DNA from: Octopus sinensis
Lineage: Eukaryota
Direction: 5' to 3'
DNA: 64,000 nucleotides
Assembly: GCF_006345805.1 (NCBI RefSeq)
Contig: NC_043002.1
Span: 44,640,001 to 44,704,000 of the forward strand
The translations under genes and the position numbers were made by a program. Shown in pieces: positions 37,660 to 50,817 of this stretch (the stretch's first letter is position 1; each line of letters opens with the position of its first letter). The notes under the pieces were generated by a model. It had not been told where the DNA came from. It saw only the letters and a list, made by a program, of their open reading frames with translations, and made no database searches.

Positions 37660-37864
37660 AAAGTTTGTCACAAAGCTAGCAAGTTCGGAGGAAAGGGTAA
37701 GTCGCTTCCATCGAACCCAGAATTTTAATGGTATTTATTTTATCGAAACCCAAAGGATGAAAGGCAAAGTCAACCTCGGCTGAAGTTGTTGAATTTGTAC
37801 TCAGAACGAAATGCTGCTAAGCATTTTGCATGACGCGGTAACATTTCTGCCAACTCACCGCCTT
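37660..37864 (-). mobile_element. SINE family A
   Basis: Reverse of AAGGCGGTGAGTTGGCAGAAATG...GCCTTTCATCCTTTG. Confidence 0.8.
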
Positions 37865-37964
37865 AATGATAATAATAATGATAATAAAAATAATAATGAT
37901 AATAATAATAATAGTAATAAAAATAATAATGATAATAATAATAATAGTAATAACAATAATAATG

Positions 37965-38049
<85 letters not shown>

Positions 38050-38295
38050 TAATAATAATAATAATAATGATAATAATAATAAGAAGAAGAAGCAGAAGAA
38101 AAAGAAGAAGCAGAAGAAGAAGAAAAACAACAACAACAACAAAACTGAAACAATTTAAAAATTCAGAAACACTTCCTTAAAAACGGAAACAATTCCATAA
38201 AAACAGAAACAATTCCTTCAAAATAGAAATAATTCCTTAAAATCAGAAACAATTGTTTCCAAACAGAAATAATTCTTTCAAAACAAAAACAACTC
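37865..38295. repeat. (AAT)n/(AAG)n/(AAC)n run followed by a 20-21-bp minisatellite (AAACAGAAACAATTCCTTCA-like, about 7 copies)
   Basis: Directly visible. Confidence 0.9.
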
Positions 38296-38297
38296 CT

Positions 38298-38430
38298 ATA
38301 ATAGTAGGAGCATTGGACATGATAAAAAAACATTAAGACAAATACACAACCAAAGCACCAGGAGTTACAAGTGTATATAGCATAGAGAAAATAACACTAC
38401 TAGGCATCGCACACATCCTACGTAATAATA
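38298..38430 (+). mobile_element. Short R4/Dong 3'-end fragment (third family)
   Basis: IIVGALDMIKK...KITLLGIAHILR followed by a short AAT run. Confidence 0.6.
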
Positions 38431-38431
38431 A

Positions 38432-39740
38432 TACGAAAATTGTTGACAATGCATAGAATGCACCACCTTAAGGCAGATATAGAACGACTTTACCTGCCAA
38501 GAAAAGAGGGTGGCCATGGACTTTTACAACTGAAATTAACAATGAAGATGGCCAACATTGGCCTAGATACCTTCCTGAAAAACTATGATGACAGGATTTT
38601 AAAACTTGTCTCAAAGCATGAAAACAAGAAAGCATCATACTCAATAACAAAACAGGCAAAGGAATATCTAAGTGAATTCCAAATACAAAAAATCTCAGAA
38701 TTAGACATAGAGGAAACAAGCACAGAAAAAGCTACGCGTATGAAAACCCATGCTAAAACTGCTGCCTTAGATATTCTTACTAATAAATGGCAAGAAAAAC
38801 CTATCAATGGCAAATATCCAAAGAGAGCTAATAGTACCGATGTTGACAAAGTCCTTACCCATTAATAATGGTTAGTGTCTACTGGCTTAAAATCAGAAAC
38901 AGAAGGGTTTATCATAGCAGCCCAAGATGAATGCCTACCTACAAGAAATTACCAGGCGAACATATTAAAGAACGTCAGTAGCCCAACATGTCGTGTATGC
39001 CAACAACAAAATGAATTCCTTGATCATGTTATCTCCATGTGCAGTTTTCTTGCGCCTACAGAGTATCACAACATGCATGATAGAGCAGTACAATATATTC
39101 ACTGGGTAACGTGCAAAAACCTGGACCTGCCCTATGATAAAAACTGGTGGGAACACACACCACCTCCAGTGCTTGAAAATGATTACATCTCACTCCTCTA
39201 GAACTCCACCATTCAAACTCACAGAAAAACAGATGCGAATAAGCCAGACATTATATTGAAACACTTCAGACAAAAGTCATGCCTCCTCATTGAAATGACT
39301 GTCCCAATCAACATAAATGTATCTGCCAAGCCCTACCAAAAACTGAACAAGTATAAAGATCTTAAAATAGAAATTGGCAAAATGTGGAACCTCAAGAATA
39401 AAACAATACCGGTTGTCATAGCTGCCCTAGAAATGATAGCAAAAGTGGCTGATTCCTACCGACCTCGGATACCTGGAAACCCCAAAAGTAGCAGAAATTC
39501 AAAAGATAGTGCTCATAGGAACTACTCATATCCTACGTAAAATACTGTCTATGTAATCTCAAATTTTAAAACAAACACATAATTTTCTTATGGTTTCTTA
39601 AACATTCTCTAGAACAATTCTATGTACAAAACCAAATATATGGCACCCTAGGCATAACACCAAAATGAACTTTTAACTTGTTGTCTCTTCAGGTCTCTGG
39701 ATGTGACTTGGAGCCAACTTGTACAAATAATAATGATAAA

Positions 39741-39818
<78 letters not shown>

Positions 39819-39820
39819 CA
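38432..39820 (+). mobile_element. 5'-truncated R4/Dong LINE (family B): post-RT region, CCHC, RLE, 3' UTR and (AAT)n tail
   Basis: ORFs 38440-38865 (ERLYLPRKEGGHGL), 38875-39201 (CRVCQQQNEFLDHVISMC) and 39256-39540 (LIEMTVP...KLNKYKDLKIEIGKMW), with NKPDII just upstream. Confidence 0.92.
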
Positions 39821-39834
39821 TTAATAAGATGATG

Positions 39835-40410
39835 TTGGAAGATTGTCACAAACGACACAAAGACTTGTCGAAACCTGGATAGACTACAAAAACGCTTTTT
39901 ATAGTCTACCACACAGACGGATTAAGAAATGTCTGGATATGTATGAAATCGCATATACTCTGCGAAACTTCTTGTCTGTAAGAATTAGATCATGGAGTAC
40001 GACAATGACTTTGAAGAGTAACAATGAATCTCTCAATTCTGGAGATGTAAGAATTTCATGTAGTATTTTGCAAGGTAACGCTCTATCACCTTTCCTCTTT
40101 TGCCTGGCCTTAATACCTCTCTCGAAATTGCTCGATAATATACAATACGGCTATAAAATGCTTAATAAAAATATAAATCATCTCATTTACACGGATGATT
40201 TAATGCTCTTTGCAAAAACTGACCAACAAAAACAGGGCTTACTAGCGATTGTTAAACAATTCAGTGATGACATCAATATGCAATTTGGCCTTCATAAATG
40301 TAAAAAAGCTACCTTTATCAAAGGGAAAATAATAGAAACATACAACGTTAATCTTGGCCAACAGAATGTCATAAAGGAGTCAGAACCAGCGGAGAGCAAC
40401 AAAATCTGAA
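39835..40410 (+). mobile_element. R4/Dong RT core fragment
   Basis: ORF 39843-40409: WIDYKNAFYSLPH, ILQGNALSPFLFCLALIPL, HLIYTDDLMLFAK. Ends at a (GAA)n run at 40420-40550. Confidence 0.9.
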
Positions 40411-40861
40411 CAAGTATAAAGAGGAGGAGGAAGAAGAAGAAGAAGAAGAAGAAGAAGAAGAAGAAGAAGAAGAAGAAGAAGAAGAAGAAGAAGAAGAAGA
40501 AGAAGAAGAAGAAGAAGAAGAAGAAGAAGAAGAAGAAGAAGAAGAAGAAGACGAATAGTAATGGATGAGAATTGAAGACGGTTTCTTTTACACGATGATC
40601 ATTTCCTTGTGAATGGGTGTAATTAATATTTATACACATACTACATGAAAACACGATTATGTAATGACGCATGATAATAAAATAAAATATCGATATCATT
40701 CCATCAGGCATGGTTTTAAATCACCCTGTTACTACCACTTGCGAGTAATATATCACAACACAAGCCTGGATTGAGAAAAGCCCCACTAGCGATGTGTGCG
40801 TGTGTGTGTGTGTGTGCATGTGTGTGTGCGTGTGTGTGTATCTGTGTATGTATGTATGTAT

Positions 40862-40899
<38 letters not shown>

Positions 40900-40900
<1 letters not shown>

Positions 40901-41410
40901 TAGCAGTATCGCCCGGCGTTGCTCGGGTTTGTAAGGGAAATAACTATATAAGCATTTTTAGAGAGTTACTTCCCTTATAGATGCCAATTCGGGCTTTCTT
41001 AGCCATTTCTGTTTTGGTGTCTTCAAGCCATGAAGTCGTTGTTCTAAAAGAACGCTGGTCTCCTTGACAACGCTTTACGACGTTGATTTCCTTACACTCC
41101 CTTCCCCACAGCTTCACAAGGGAGGGAAGAAGGGGGAGAAGCAAACAGGTGCAGGTGTGACCATGGACGCCAACTCCGCCGCCATCGACACACGAAAAAT
41201 TATGCATTAAAATGGAATAAAAAATGATGTTAAATTATTTTTAAAATCGTAGACTCATCGTAGACGCGCGCTAATACTCAGACGGGCTTGATATGAATCA
41301 CGACTATAAGATACCCGAATTTGGTTAAACTGCACCGCAAAATGTGGGAGTAGTTAGGAATCTAAATCAAAGGAGACAGACACTCACACAACTACAGTTT
41401 TTTTATATAT
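40900..41410 (-). mobile_element. Non-autonomous Helitron related to 9724-10107
   Basis: Shares the terminal CTAGCAGTATCGCCCGGCGTTGCTC...GAGAGTTA (about 65 bp) but has a different interior. The other end fades into (TA)n. Confidence 0.75.
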
Positions 41411-43300
41411 ATATATACATATATATATATGTATGCATGTACGTACGTATGTATGTGTGTGTGTGTGAGTGTGTGTGGTTAAGTCAATTCTTCATGGATT
41501 TCGACGATGAGTATTTAGTACTTTGATCAAAGGAATCACCTACTATTTGACGTGTAAAATGTGAAGAGGTTGAGTGTTCTCTATAGCTGAGTGGTAAGTG
41601 TTTCCTTAGCATCAGTCACATGTAGAGCTAGCGTGTTAGAGCGTGTTACAACACTACACCTTTTAATTAGAGGTGAGACCCCTCTGAAGGCCTTCTAGAC
41701 AGCTCTGTCGATGCAGTTTCACTCGGAGGCCAAGCATCGATCGAAGCTAAAGTAAAAGACACTTTCGTAAGATGCTTCACATTGAGATTGAATTCGGGAC
41801 CTCACGATTACGAAGCCAACCTCCCAACCAATTATTGCAGTAGTGAGGAAGAATATGCTAAATAAAGGTGAACTGTATTATTTTCTGTAAATTTCGATTA
41901 TTAAGACACTACAGAGATTTACCTGTTGTTGAAGGATTTTAACTTAGCATTTTCAGATAGAGAAATACTCGATAACAGTACAGTAAAAACGCGAAGTACA
42001 GACGTAATGCAAATTATCATTAAAAATAAATCCTAAGCTATATAATCATGAGCCAAATGTAGATTATGAAATACAAAATCAGAATAGGAAGTAACTATCT
42101 AAATGAGCCCGTATGCTTGAGAAGTTGTTTTTGTATATTTACGGATGTATACATTTCAAAAAAATATCACAATATTGTAAAAACTTGGAATTTTTCAATT
42201 GAAATTTGAATTTTTTAACTAGGAATTCTGTGACTGCTCTCATCTTTGTTAATTTCATGATCATCACTGATCAGGAAGACCAGACCTATGATCAATAGAT
42301 TTCAAACTGTAATCAACACGTTTCTGATTCAGACTGTGTATTTAGAAAAAAATTATCCAATGTGTCGCTTCCTTATTTAACACTATATGATGTTATCAGA
42401 GAGATATTTTATTCAAGCAGTTCAAGCCAATTCATAAAGTCTCCCTCACAAATGAATTTGGATAGCAGAAATAAATTCCTGGTGTCTTTCACACGTCATG
42501 CATTCCGGTTGTCACTAATATGCTTTAAAAATATGGACGTTATCAAATTTTGTTTCTCTGCTTAAGCATAAAAAAATCAATAACGACTTCTTTGGCAGAA
42601 TTTTTATTCGTTTTGCAAATCAATATGTTTTGTTTGGTACAGTATATGACCAAATATTTATAAAGATATACAAATAGTGTACTCACATTCCTGCCAAGAA
42701 TACTAGTGAACTTATTGAAACTAAGACCACAATTAAGTTTATAAAAGTTCATAATAGAACCGAGTGTTTACAATGTTTCAAAATATATATATTTAATAGA
42801 TAATAATCAGTCGCAATGGTGATATCAACAAGAAAATGAATAATTTTTTCGTGACCTATATATTACTGGTACTTATTGACCTTTGTTAGATGCAAAAGCG
42901 AAATCAACTGCAGCTGATCTGAAAGCAGATTTGTGGTATTGTAATAAAATGCTTAAGGTTACTCTGTGTAGCAATCATTTTTATCAATGTATAACGAATG
43001 TAAGTACCTTGTTTTAGGAATAGAACACAGAAATAAGGCATTGACTGGCTTCTTGGAAACTTCATAACCAACGACAGTATTGTATGTGGTGAGGTGCGCG
43101 CGTGATGGGGGGTCATGTACGAAGTATATATGCACCTTAGTAACGTCTAAACTTGTACCTTTTGGTTGTAAATTGTGAAAAAGCCAGCTTAATAATTCAT
43201 CATTTTCACTTTTAGCATTTATGGTATCAGCCTCTAATTCCTACGCTATTTTCTATAAACTGACATGGCCAGTTAGCTTCAACCCTGGGCAACCGGGTGA

Positions 43301-43381
43301 GAGTGACTGATGAGGATTCATTAAATCCGAAATCGGTGATGATATGGTTCTGTCTCGATTGCAATAGGGAGCCGGTCTCCC
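43301..43381 (+). ncRNA. Hammerhead-like motif with intact core
   Basis: CTGATGA (43307-13), stem II GGATT/AATCC and GAAA (43329-32). Possible stem III ATCGGT/GCCGGT with GUC at 43375-77. Stem I is weak. Confidence 0.55.
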
Positions 43382-43567
43382 ATGTTAGTCATTAGCGATG
43401 TGCTTCTCGTGGCTAAGTGTTATTCTGACTCTCATTTCTAGTAATACTGGTATTGACTAGTACTCGTAGTCACGTTAGTGACGTCTATACGTGTGCAAAA
43501 AAGCCACCTTAACAATTGAAATGTATATATATATAACAAAAGAGGGGGTGTATTTCCACGCAGGAAA

Positions 43568-43806
43568 ATATATAGGAAAATTTGTTGTTGAAAATGCACC
43601 TGAATTTGAAAAAACTTTTAATTGTTTTTAAATAGATCTAATTACATTCATACCAATACCTCAATGGATATGTATGTATCCTCAATGGATATGTATGTAT
43701 GTAAATAAAACTATATGGTATGTATGCAAATGAATTTATTTAAAAACAATTACCAGTTTTTTTTTTTAATTCAGGTGCATTTTCAACAACAAATTTTCCT
43801 ATATAT
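43568..43806. mobile_element. MITE-like foldback with 39-bp perfect inverted ends, TA-flanked
   Basis: ATATATAGGAAAATTTGTTGTTGAAAATGCACCTGAATT (43568-606) and its reverse complement (43768-806). Internal 21-bp tandem duplication. Confidence 0.9.
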
Positions 43807-43829
43807 GTATCTATCTATCTATCTATCTA

Positions 43830-43883
<54 letters not shown>

Positions 43884-44830
43884 TGTATGTATATGTATGT
43901 ATATATGTATATATATAAATATGTATGTATGTATATATGTATATATGTATATATGTATATTTGTATGTATGTAAGTATGCTTATGCACAAATGTATATCT
44001 AAACATATGTGTGTCTGTTTGTGTGAGTGTGTGTGAGAGTGGTGACTGTATGTGGGTGTGCAATGTGTTTGAGTGTGTATGTGCGTTAGATATTGTTTCC
44101 AAACATCATAACATTTACTTTCCACTTCTTTCAGTCATTGGATTACAACCATTGATTCTAAATGAAAAACAAAATAGATTTCACCACACATTTATGAAAA
44201 CAGATTTCAATTGTGCAAACATTTCAAAGCGCAACCTAAATTTCAATTGTGCGAACATTTCAAAGTGAGCGAAAATACAGGCAACATATCTTTGAAAAAA
44301 CTGTAAAGCGTTATCTGTATTCAAGTTCTTTGAGATAAATTTTAGATTCGTTACTTAATAATTTTCGATTTTAGCTTCCTAGTATTTAGAGAGTCCGATT
44401 TTAATCGGTTTTTTTTCTTGTGGAATACGTCCAAAAAAAAAAAGAAACGAAGATCAAGTATAATAGAAGATATTTCATTCTCTTATATTTTTCTTCGTCC
44501 GTTACTATTATTCCATACAATTCAATGAAATGTTTCCTTTTAAAATAATTATCACTAAAACTTTAGACGAAACATAAGTTTACATACTTGTAAAAGAAGC
44601 TTGAAGAAAGCAGAATAATTACACACACACACAGACATATATGAATACGTGGATGGATGCATGAATATATATTTACATATGTGTGTACGTGTGTGCGTGT
44701 ATGTCTGCGTGTGTTTGCATTTATATGTAAGTATCCATGTATATATATTTATCAATATCTTAAAATGCCTACAATATAACCTCCAGCTGCAAAATCTCTA
44801 CACATTTAACTACATATATATATAGACACG

Positions 44831-44935
<105 letters not shown>

Positions 44936-45068
44936 GCTAGTGGCGCAATGGGACAGTGGTTACGACATATGAATATGTTATATACGATTTACAACAATGT
45001 TGGCCTCCAGGTGCAAAATCTCTACACATTCACACACATTTAACTACATATATATATATATATATATA

Positions 45069-45127
<59 letters not shown>

Positions 45128-45133
45128 ATATAT

Positions 45134-45179
<46 letters not shown>

Positions 45180-45201
45180 CATACATACATATATATATAT
45201 A

Positions 45202-45545
45202 TGGTAGTGGTGCAATGGGACAGTGGTTACGACAGCGGAGTTGCGGTCGTGGGATTGCGGTTTCGATTCCCAGACCGGTTGTTGTGTTTATTGAGCGAAA
45301 ACATCTAAAGGTCCACGAGGCAGGTGGTGGTGGCGAACCCTGCTGTACTCTTTCAACACGACTTTCTTTCACTCTTCCTTTCTGTTTCAAAGGGACAGCC
45401 TTGTCACTAAATCAATCTCACTGAATCCCACTGAGAATTACATTAAGGGTACACGTACCTGCGGAGTTCTCAGCCAGGAGCAGGCTGTTCCGTTGATCAG
45501 ATCAACTGGAAACCTAGTCGTCGCAACCCACGGAGTGCCATGACA
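45202..45545 (+). mobile_element. tRNA-headed SINE (family C-like)
   Basis: GGTGCAATGGGACAGTGGTTA...GGTTTCGATTCCCAGACC...TTGAGCGAAAACATCT. Confidence 0.65.
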
Positions 45546-45870
45546 CATATGTGTGTGTGTGTCTCCGTGTAGTTTTATATATGCGTACATATACACATAC
45601 ATGTATGTATACATACACCCACTCACACACAGACATATATATATATATATGTGTGTGTGTGGTGTGTGTGTGTGTGAGAGTGTGTGTCGGTTGCCCAAAA
45701 GTTGCCCGGCAATAAATCAAAATTCCATAAATGTTCAATTTTATTTATTCATTCCAATTATGAATGTTTAATAATTTAACGTTAAATTAACGGGTTTTTT
45801 TTCACTTTCACAACATTTGTCTATTTATTAACGAAGTTTCATATAAAATGATGTTTTTGTTATAATTTGG

Positions 45871-45916
45871 GAATTAGATGGTTGTGATTTACTATGAGAT
45901 GAATTTTCGCAAACGC

Positions 45917-45947
<31 letters not shown>

Positions 45948-46034
45948 GTGTGTGTTATATATACATATATATATGTATATATATATATATGTATATATAT
46001 AGTATATATATATATATATATTATATATATATAT

Positions 46035-46067
<33 letters not shown>

Positions 46068-46083
46068 GTATATATATGTATAT

Positions 46084-46132
<49 letters not shown>

Positions 46133-46474
46133 GTATATATATGTATATATATATATCCGTAATAATGAAGGGTGAATTAATTAATTTGGAATAATTATCA
46201 ATTACACCAAGTAGTCTTCGGCATGTAAAAGCCTCATTCGAGGAGAATTTAAGTAATACTAAGCAATAAAAGGTTTAGCAACGAATTGCCTTACCACATA
46301 CCCAATTTAGAAATAGCAGTCAAAGAGTTATAGCTATTTCTTCTACTAAAAAGGGAGATCTCAGTAAAAACAGCAATTGGAAGGCAGACACAAACAGGTA
46401 AGAGAGAATGAATTGACGGCAATCTATCATACAATTTTAAGTTATCTACGGACGTACGTTTCGAAATCACGTTT

Positions 46475-46528
<54 letters not shown>

Positions 46529-46531
46529 ATA

Positions 46532-46571
<40 letters not shown>

Positions 46572-46615
46572 TATATTATATATAATATATATATATATGT
46601 ATATATATGTATATA

Positions 46616-46650
<35 letters not shown>

Positions 46651-46745
46651 GCTATATCTATATATAACACACACGCGCGCATGCATATATATATATAGAT
46701 ATAGCGTTTTCCAAAATTCATCGCAGTAAATCAAAACCATTTAAT

Positions 46746-46748
<3 letters not shown>
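45871..46748. repeat. About 95-bp inverted repeats (45871-45965 / 46655-46748) enclosing (TA)n blocks and a 310-bp core
   Basis: GATGGTTGTGATTTACT..GATGAATTTTCGCAAACGCTATAT vs ATATAGCGTTTTCCAAAATTCATCGCAGTAAATCAAAACCAT. Confidence 0.8.
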
Positions 46749-46815
<67 letters not shown>

Positions 46816-47008
46816 CACCTACCTATATAACTTCATACATCGAACGAACGTGTCTGATAACATAGCGCTATAAAATATATCGACTGTATTTAAAAGGTCA
46901 ATTATTAACATATCTCACTAGCTGAAACGTTAAAAGAATAAATGTAGAGGTGAATGTAATTATGGAACATCAGTAAAAATCTTGGCAGTTTTCTTATCAT
47001 CGCGCGCC

Positions 47009-47354
47009 GAGCGACGAGCTGACAGAATCATTACCGCGTTGGAGAATCTGCATCGCGGCATTTCTTCGACATCTTTACTTTCTAGTTCATATTCCGCCAG
47101 TATTGATTTTGTCTTTTATTATTTCGTGTGTTACTACAATAACCATCAGTTGAGCACTGGCTCCATGTAGTCGACGAGTTCCCGCCCCCAAAATTTCAGG
47201 TCTTGTGCCTGGAATAAAGAAGATTATTATTACAAGATTATTACAAGAGAACAAACAGAATTGTTAGCACGCTGGACACAAAAGAAAAAGCTTAGTGGCA
47301 CTCCGACCGTGTTTAGGGTCGGTGTTAAAATTTCACCGAAGTCAATTTTGTCAT
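47009..47354 (+). mobile_element. Two SINE family A copies; the second is 3'-truncated against the LINE array
   Basis: Heads at 47009 and about 47255. The second copy fuses to array unit 7 at about 47355. Confidence 0.75.
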
Positions 47355-47982
47355 CAGCCATGCTCTTTTCAGCTCTGGGGGCACTTTGCCAACTCGCACT
47401 CTGGCCGCGCGTTTTCCAAAGTACGATGGCAAAAGCACCCATTCTCCCGATCTTATTGCCTACGTTGAGTGCTTAATTGCTTCCTCTTCTTATACAAAGC
47501 GCACCTCCACAGTAGCTAATTACTCCCTCTTGTTATAAATGTATTTAGTCTTTTTATATTCTTCAAACATTCTTTAATAGCCTCTATTGTCTCTATTTCT
47601 ATTTTCCTTGTTGCTATCTTCATTGACTTATGTATCACCGTCCTTTTCATTATATTGGTTGTTAGTTCTACAGGCGGCGTTAATTTCAGTGTATTTCCAT
47701 CTCTTTCCAGCAACTTTTCGCATTCCTTCATTTTCGTGGTTTAACCTTTATTTCACGTACCTCTATTGTTTCCACGTCTATCCCTTTTCCAGTTGCAGCC
47801 GCATTATTCAGGCCACCTTCTGGCGCTTTCTCCATTTTTCCCACAATGGGAAAAAAGAACAATTCAAAATAACAACAGCAACAATTTGAATAGTAACAAG
47901 CAATCAGACAAATATTTAACACTATGACTTACGTCTAACGCGACAAAAATAACATCGTTATGAACAATTCAAACCGCGTGTG
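47355..47982 (-). mobile_element. Array unit 7: family C ORF1-only element, 5' part only, decayed
   Basis: ORFs MGKMEKAPEGG...AAATGKGID and LKLTPPVELTTNIMKRTVI match unit 5. Confidence 0.85.
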
Positions 47983-47992
47983 CATGTGATGC

Positions 47993-48982
47993 TCTTCGTT
48001 TCTTTATTTCGGCACTATGGCCACAACAGGGGGGATACTACAAAGACAGGCACAATGACACAGAGGGGACAAAAAAAATAAAACGAATGAAAATGAGATG
48101 TTATATAAAAATCAAAAAAGAAACTGGCTGCATGGACCCCACTCCCATGTAGTACCATTTGAACGTTTATATCAATTATTTACAAAAGTTCTATTTTATT
48201 GTTTCTTCTTAATCATCGTTTTTCTTCTCTTATTTTTTAAATGGAACAATTTTACGTTTTTTTTCTCCTTTTTAATATCTCATGAAAGGTTCTAAATCTT
48301 TTTGTTCCACTACTGGTGACAATTCTTTGAACTCCACCATCAGTCCTGGCGGGTCAATCCCTCTTCCACACATGTCTTTTACTTTGTTGTAAGTGTCCTT
48401 GTCTACCACGATGGCCTTCACATTCTCGGAATACACATCCGTGGGCAAATTTACTCTTATAATATCTTTAAACTTTGATACTTTCTTTTCAGTTTTTTTG
48501 TTTTTTTTTTTTTTGCTTTTCGCGTACGTCACAAAATTCCATCGACATTTTTCTTTTCTTTTTTGTTTTTACTTTCCCTGCTCCACTCTTGGTACCTTCT
48601 CCTTTTCTCCTTCTATTCTGATCAGTCTCTGCAGTTGCCTCCTTATGCAATTCCTCCTCGAACGCTCCTTCAAATTCCTTTTCGCTTTCTTTATCCATCA
48701 CCATTTTGTCTTCCTTCCTTGTGGCCTCCTTCACAACCTCCTTTTCTAACTCTTCTTTCTTCTTTTCCTGCTGCTCTGACGGAGAGCTCACTCTCCTACT
48801 TCTATCCCTCCTCCGTTACTTTCTCCCTTATATCCACCTGTACCACCTGGTCCATGCTCTCCTGCATCTCTATCTGCTCTATTTGTTGTTCCCTCTGGGA
48901 GAACCTCGACTTCATTTGGGCTTTTTTTTTCCCACATGTTTAACATATAGGCGGCCTGCCTTCCACAACCACTCTCACAGTG
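47993..48982 (-). mobile_element. Array unit 6: 5'-truncated family C-like element
   Basis: Starts mid-ORF at VRVVVEGRPPIC. C-terminus ...AIVVDKDTYNKVKDMCG...DLEPFMRY*, then 3' UTR and AATAAA. Confidence 0.85.
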
Positions 48983-48993
48983 CAATATGACAC

Positions 48994-50806
48994 TCGTATT
49001 TCTTTATTTGGCACTACGGCCACAGCACAGAGAGGATACTACAAGAACAGACACAATACCACAGTGGGGACACAAAACATAAAACAAATGAAAATGAGAT
49101 GTTATATAAAAATGAAAAATGAAATGGCTGCATGGGCCCCACTCCTCATACAGTAGTATTTGAACGTTATATAAGATATTTACAATCGTTCTACTTTTCT
49201 TGTTTTTTTTCTTAATCATCGGTTTTCCTCCTTTTTTAAAAATGGAACAATTTTACTTTTTTTTAACTTTTTTTTTAACAAAGCAATTTTACTTTTTTTC
49301 CTTTTTAATATTTCATGAATGGTTCTAAATCTTTTAGTTCTTCTAATGGTGGCAATTCTTTGAACTCAGCCATCACTCCTGGCGGGTGAATCCCGCTTCC
49401 ACACATGACTTTTACTTTGTTGTAAGTGTCCTTGTCCACAACGATGGCATTCACATTCTCGGAATACACATCCGTGGTTAACTTTACTCCTATGATATGT
49501 TTGAATTCTAAAACTTTCCTTTCAGTGTCTTTGCTTTTCGCGTACGTCAAAAATCCCATCGAAATTTTCCTTATTTGTTTTTTCCTGTTCCACTCCTGGT
49601 ACCTTCTTTTCTTCCTCCACTCTGAACAGTCCCTCGTACAGTTGCAATCCTGAATCTCTTTCCTCCGCTGGAACAACCGGTGTCTTCACGACTGTCTCCT
49701 CCTTATGCAACTCTTCCTCGAACACCTTTTCAATTTCCTTTTCACTTTCTTTATCCACCACTATTTTGTCTTCCTTCCTTCTGGTCACAACCTCCATTTC
49801 CGCCTCTTCTTTCTTCTTTTTCTGCTGCTTTCATGGAGAGCTCACTCTTCCACTTTTTTTTCTTTTTACACCGTGAAATCCTCCTCCGTTGCTTTCTCTT
49901 TATCTCGACCTGTACCACCTGGTCCGTACTCTCCTGCCTTTCCGTCTGCTCTATTTGTTGTTCTCTCTGGGGGCACCTAACCTTCATGTGGCCTTTCTCC
50001 CTACAGGCAAAACACAGAGACGGTCTGCTCCCTACCACCTCTCTCAATCTTAAATCATCGGGCAGCACTATCTTTTCAACAATTCAGTTTAGGTCCTCCG
50101 CTGTTGCTTGGACGGTCACCTATATTCCGTATCCCCAGTAGTTTATCCTTTCTGTCCTTGTAGACTTCAGTATCTTGGCCTCCTCTTTCATATTGAACAT
50201 TATGGCTGTCATCAGCCATGTTTCTTTGAGTTCCGAGGGCACTTTGCCAACTCGCACTCTGGTCAAACGTTTGCCACAATTCAATTGCAGAGGCACCCAT
50301 TCCTCCGATCTTATTGCCTCCGTGGAGTGCTTAATTGCTTCCTCTTCTGATGTAAAGCGCACGTCCACAGTAGTGTACTTTCTCTTTCTTGTTATAAATA
50401 TGGTTAATTTCTTAATACTTTTTAAACACTCTTCAATCGCCTCAAGTTTCGCTATTTCTATCTTCCTTGTTGCTATCTTCATCGTCTTAAATATCACCGT
50501 CCTTTTCGTTACATTTGTTGTTAATTCCACAGGCGGCGTTAATTTCAATGTATCTCCTTCATTTTTCGTGGTTCAACTCTTATTTCACGCACTTCCAGCG
50601 TTTCTCGTCTATCCCTTTTCCAGTTGCAGCTGCATATCTGTGGCCACCTGCTGGCGTTTTCTCTGTTTTTCCCATAATGGGGAAAAAACAATTCAAAATA
50701 ACAATAGCAACAATTTGAACAGCAACGTTCAATCAAACAAATATATAACACTATGACTTGCGTCTAATACGGCAACAACTCTTATGAACAACTCAAACCG
50801 CCTGTG
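48994..50806 (-). mobile_element. Array unit 5: full-length family C element, frameshifted ORF1
   Basis: ORF pieces 50120-50548, 49751-50068 (CFACREKGHMKVRC knuckle) and 49305-49676 (...DLEPFMKY*). Confidence 0.88.
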
Positions 50807-50817
50807 CAATATGACGC

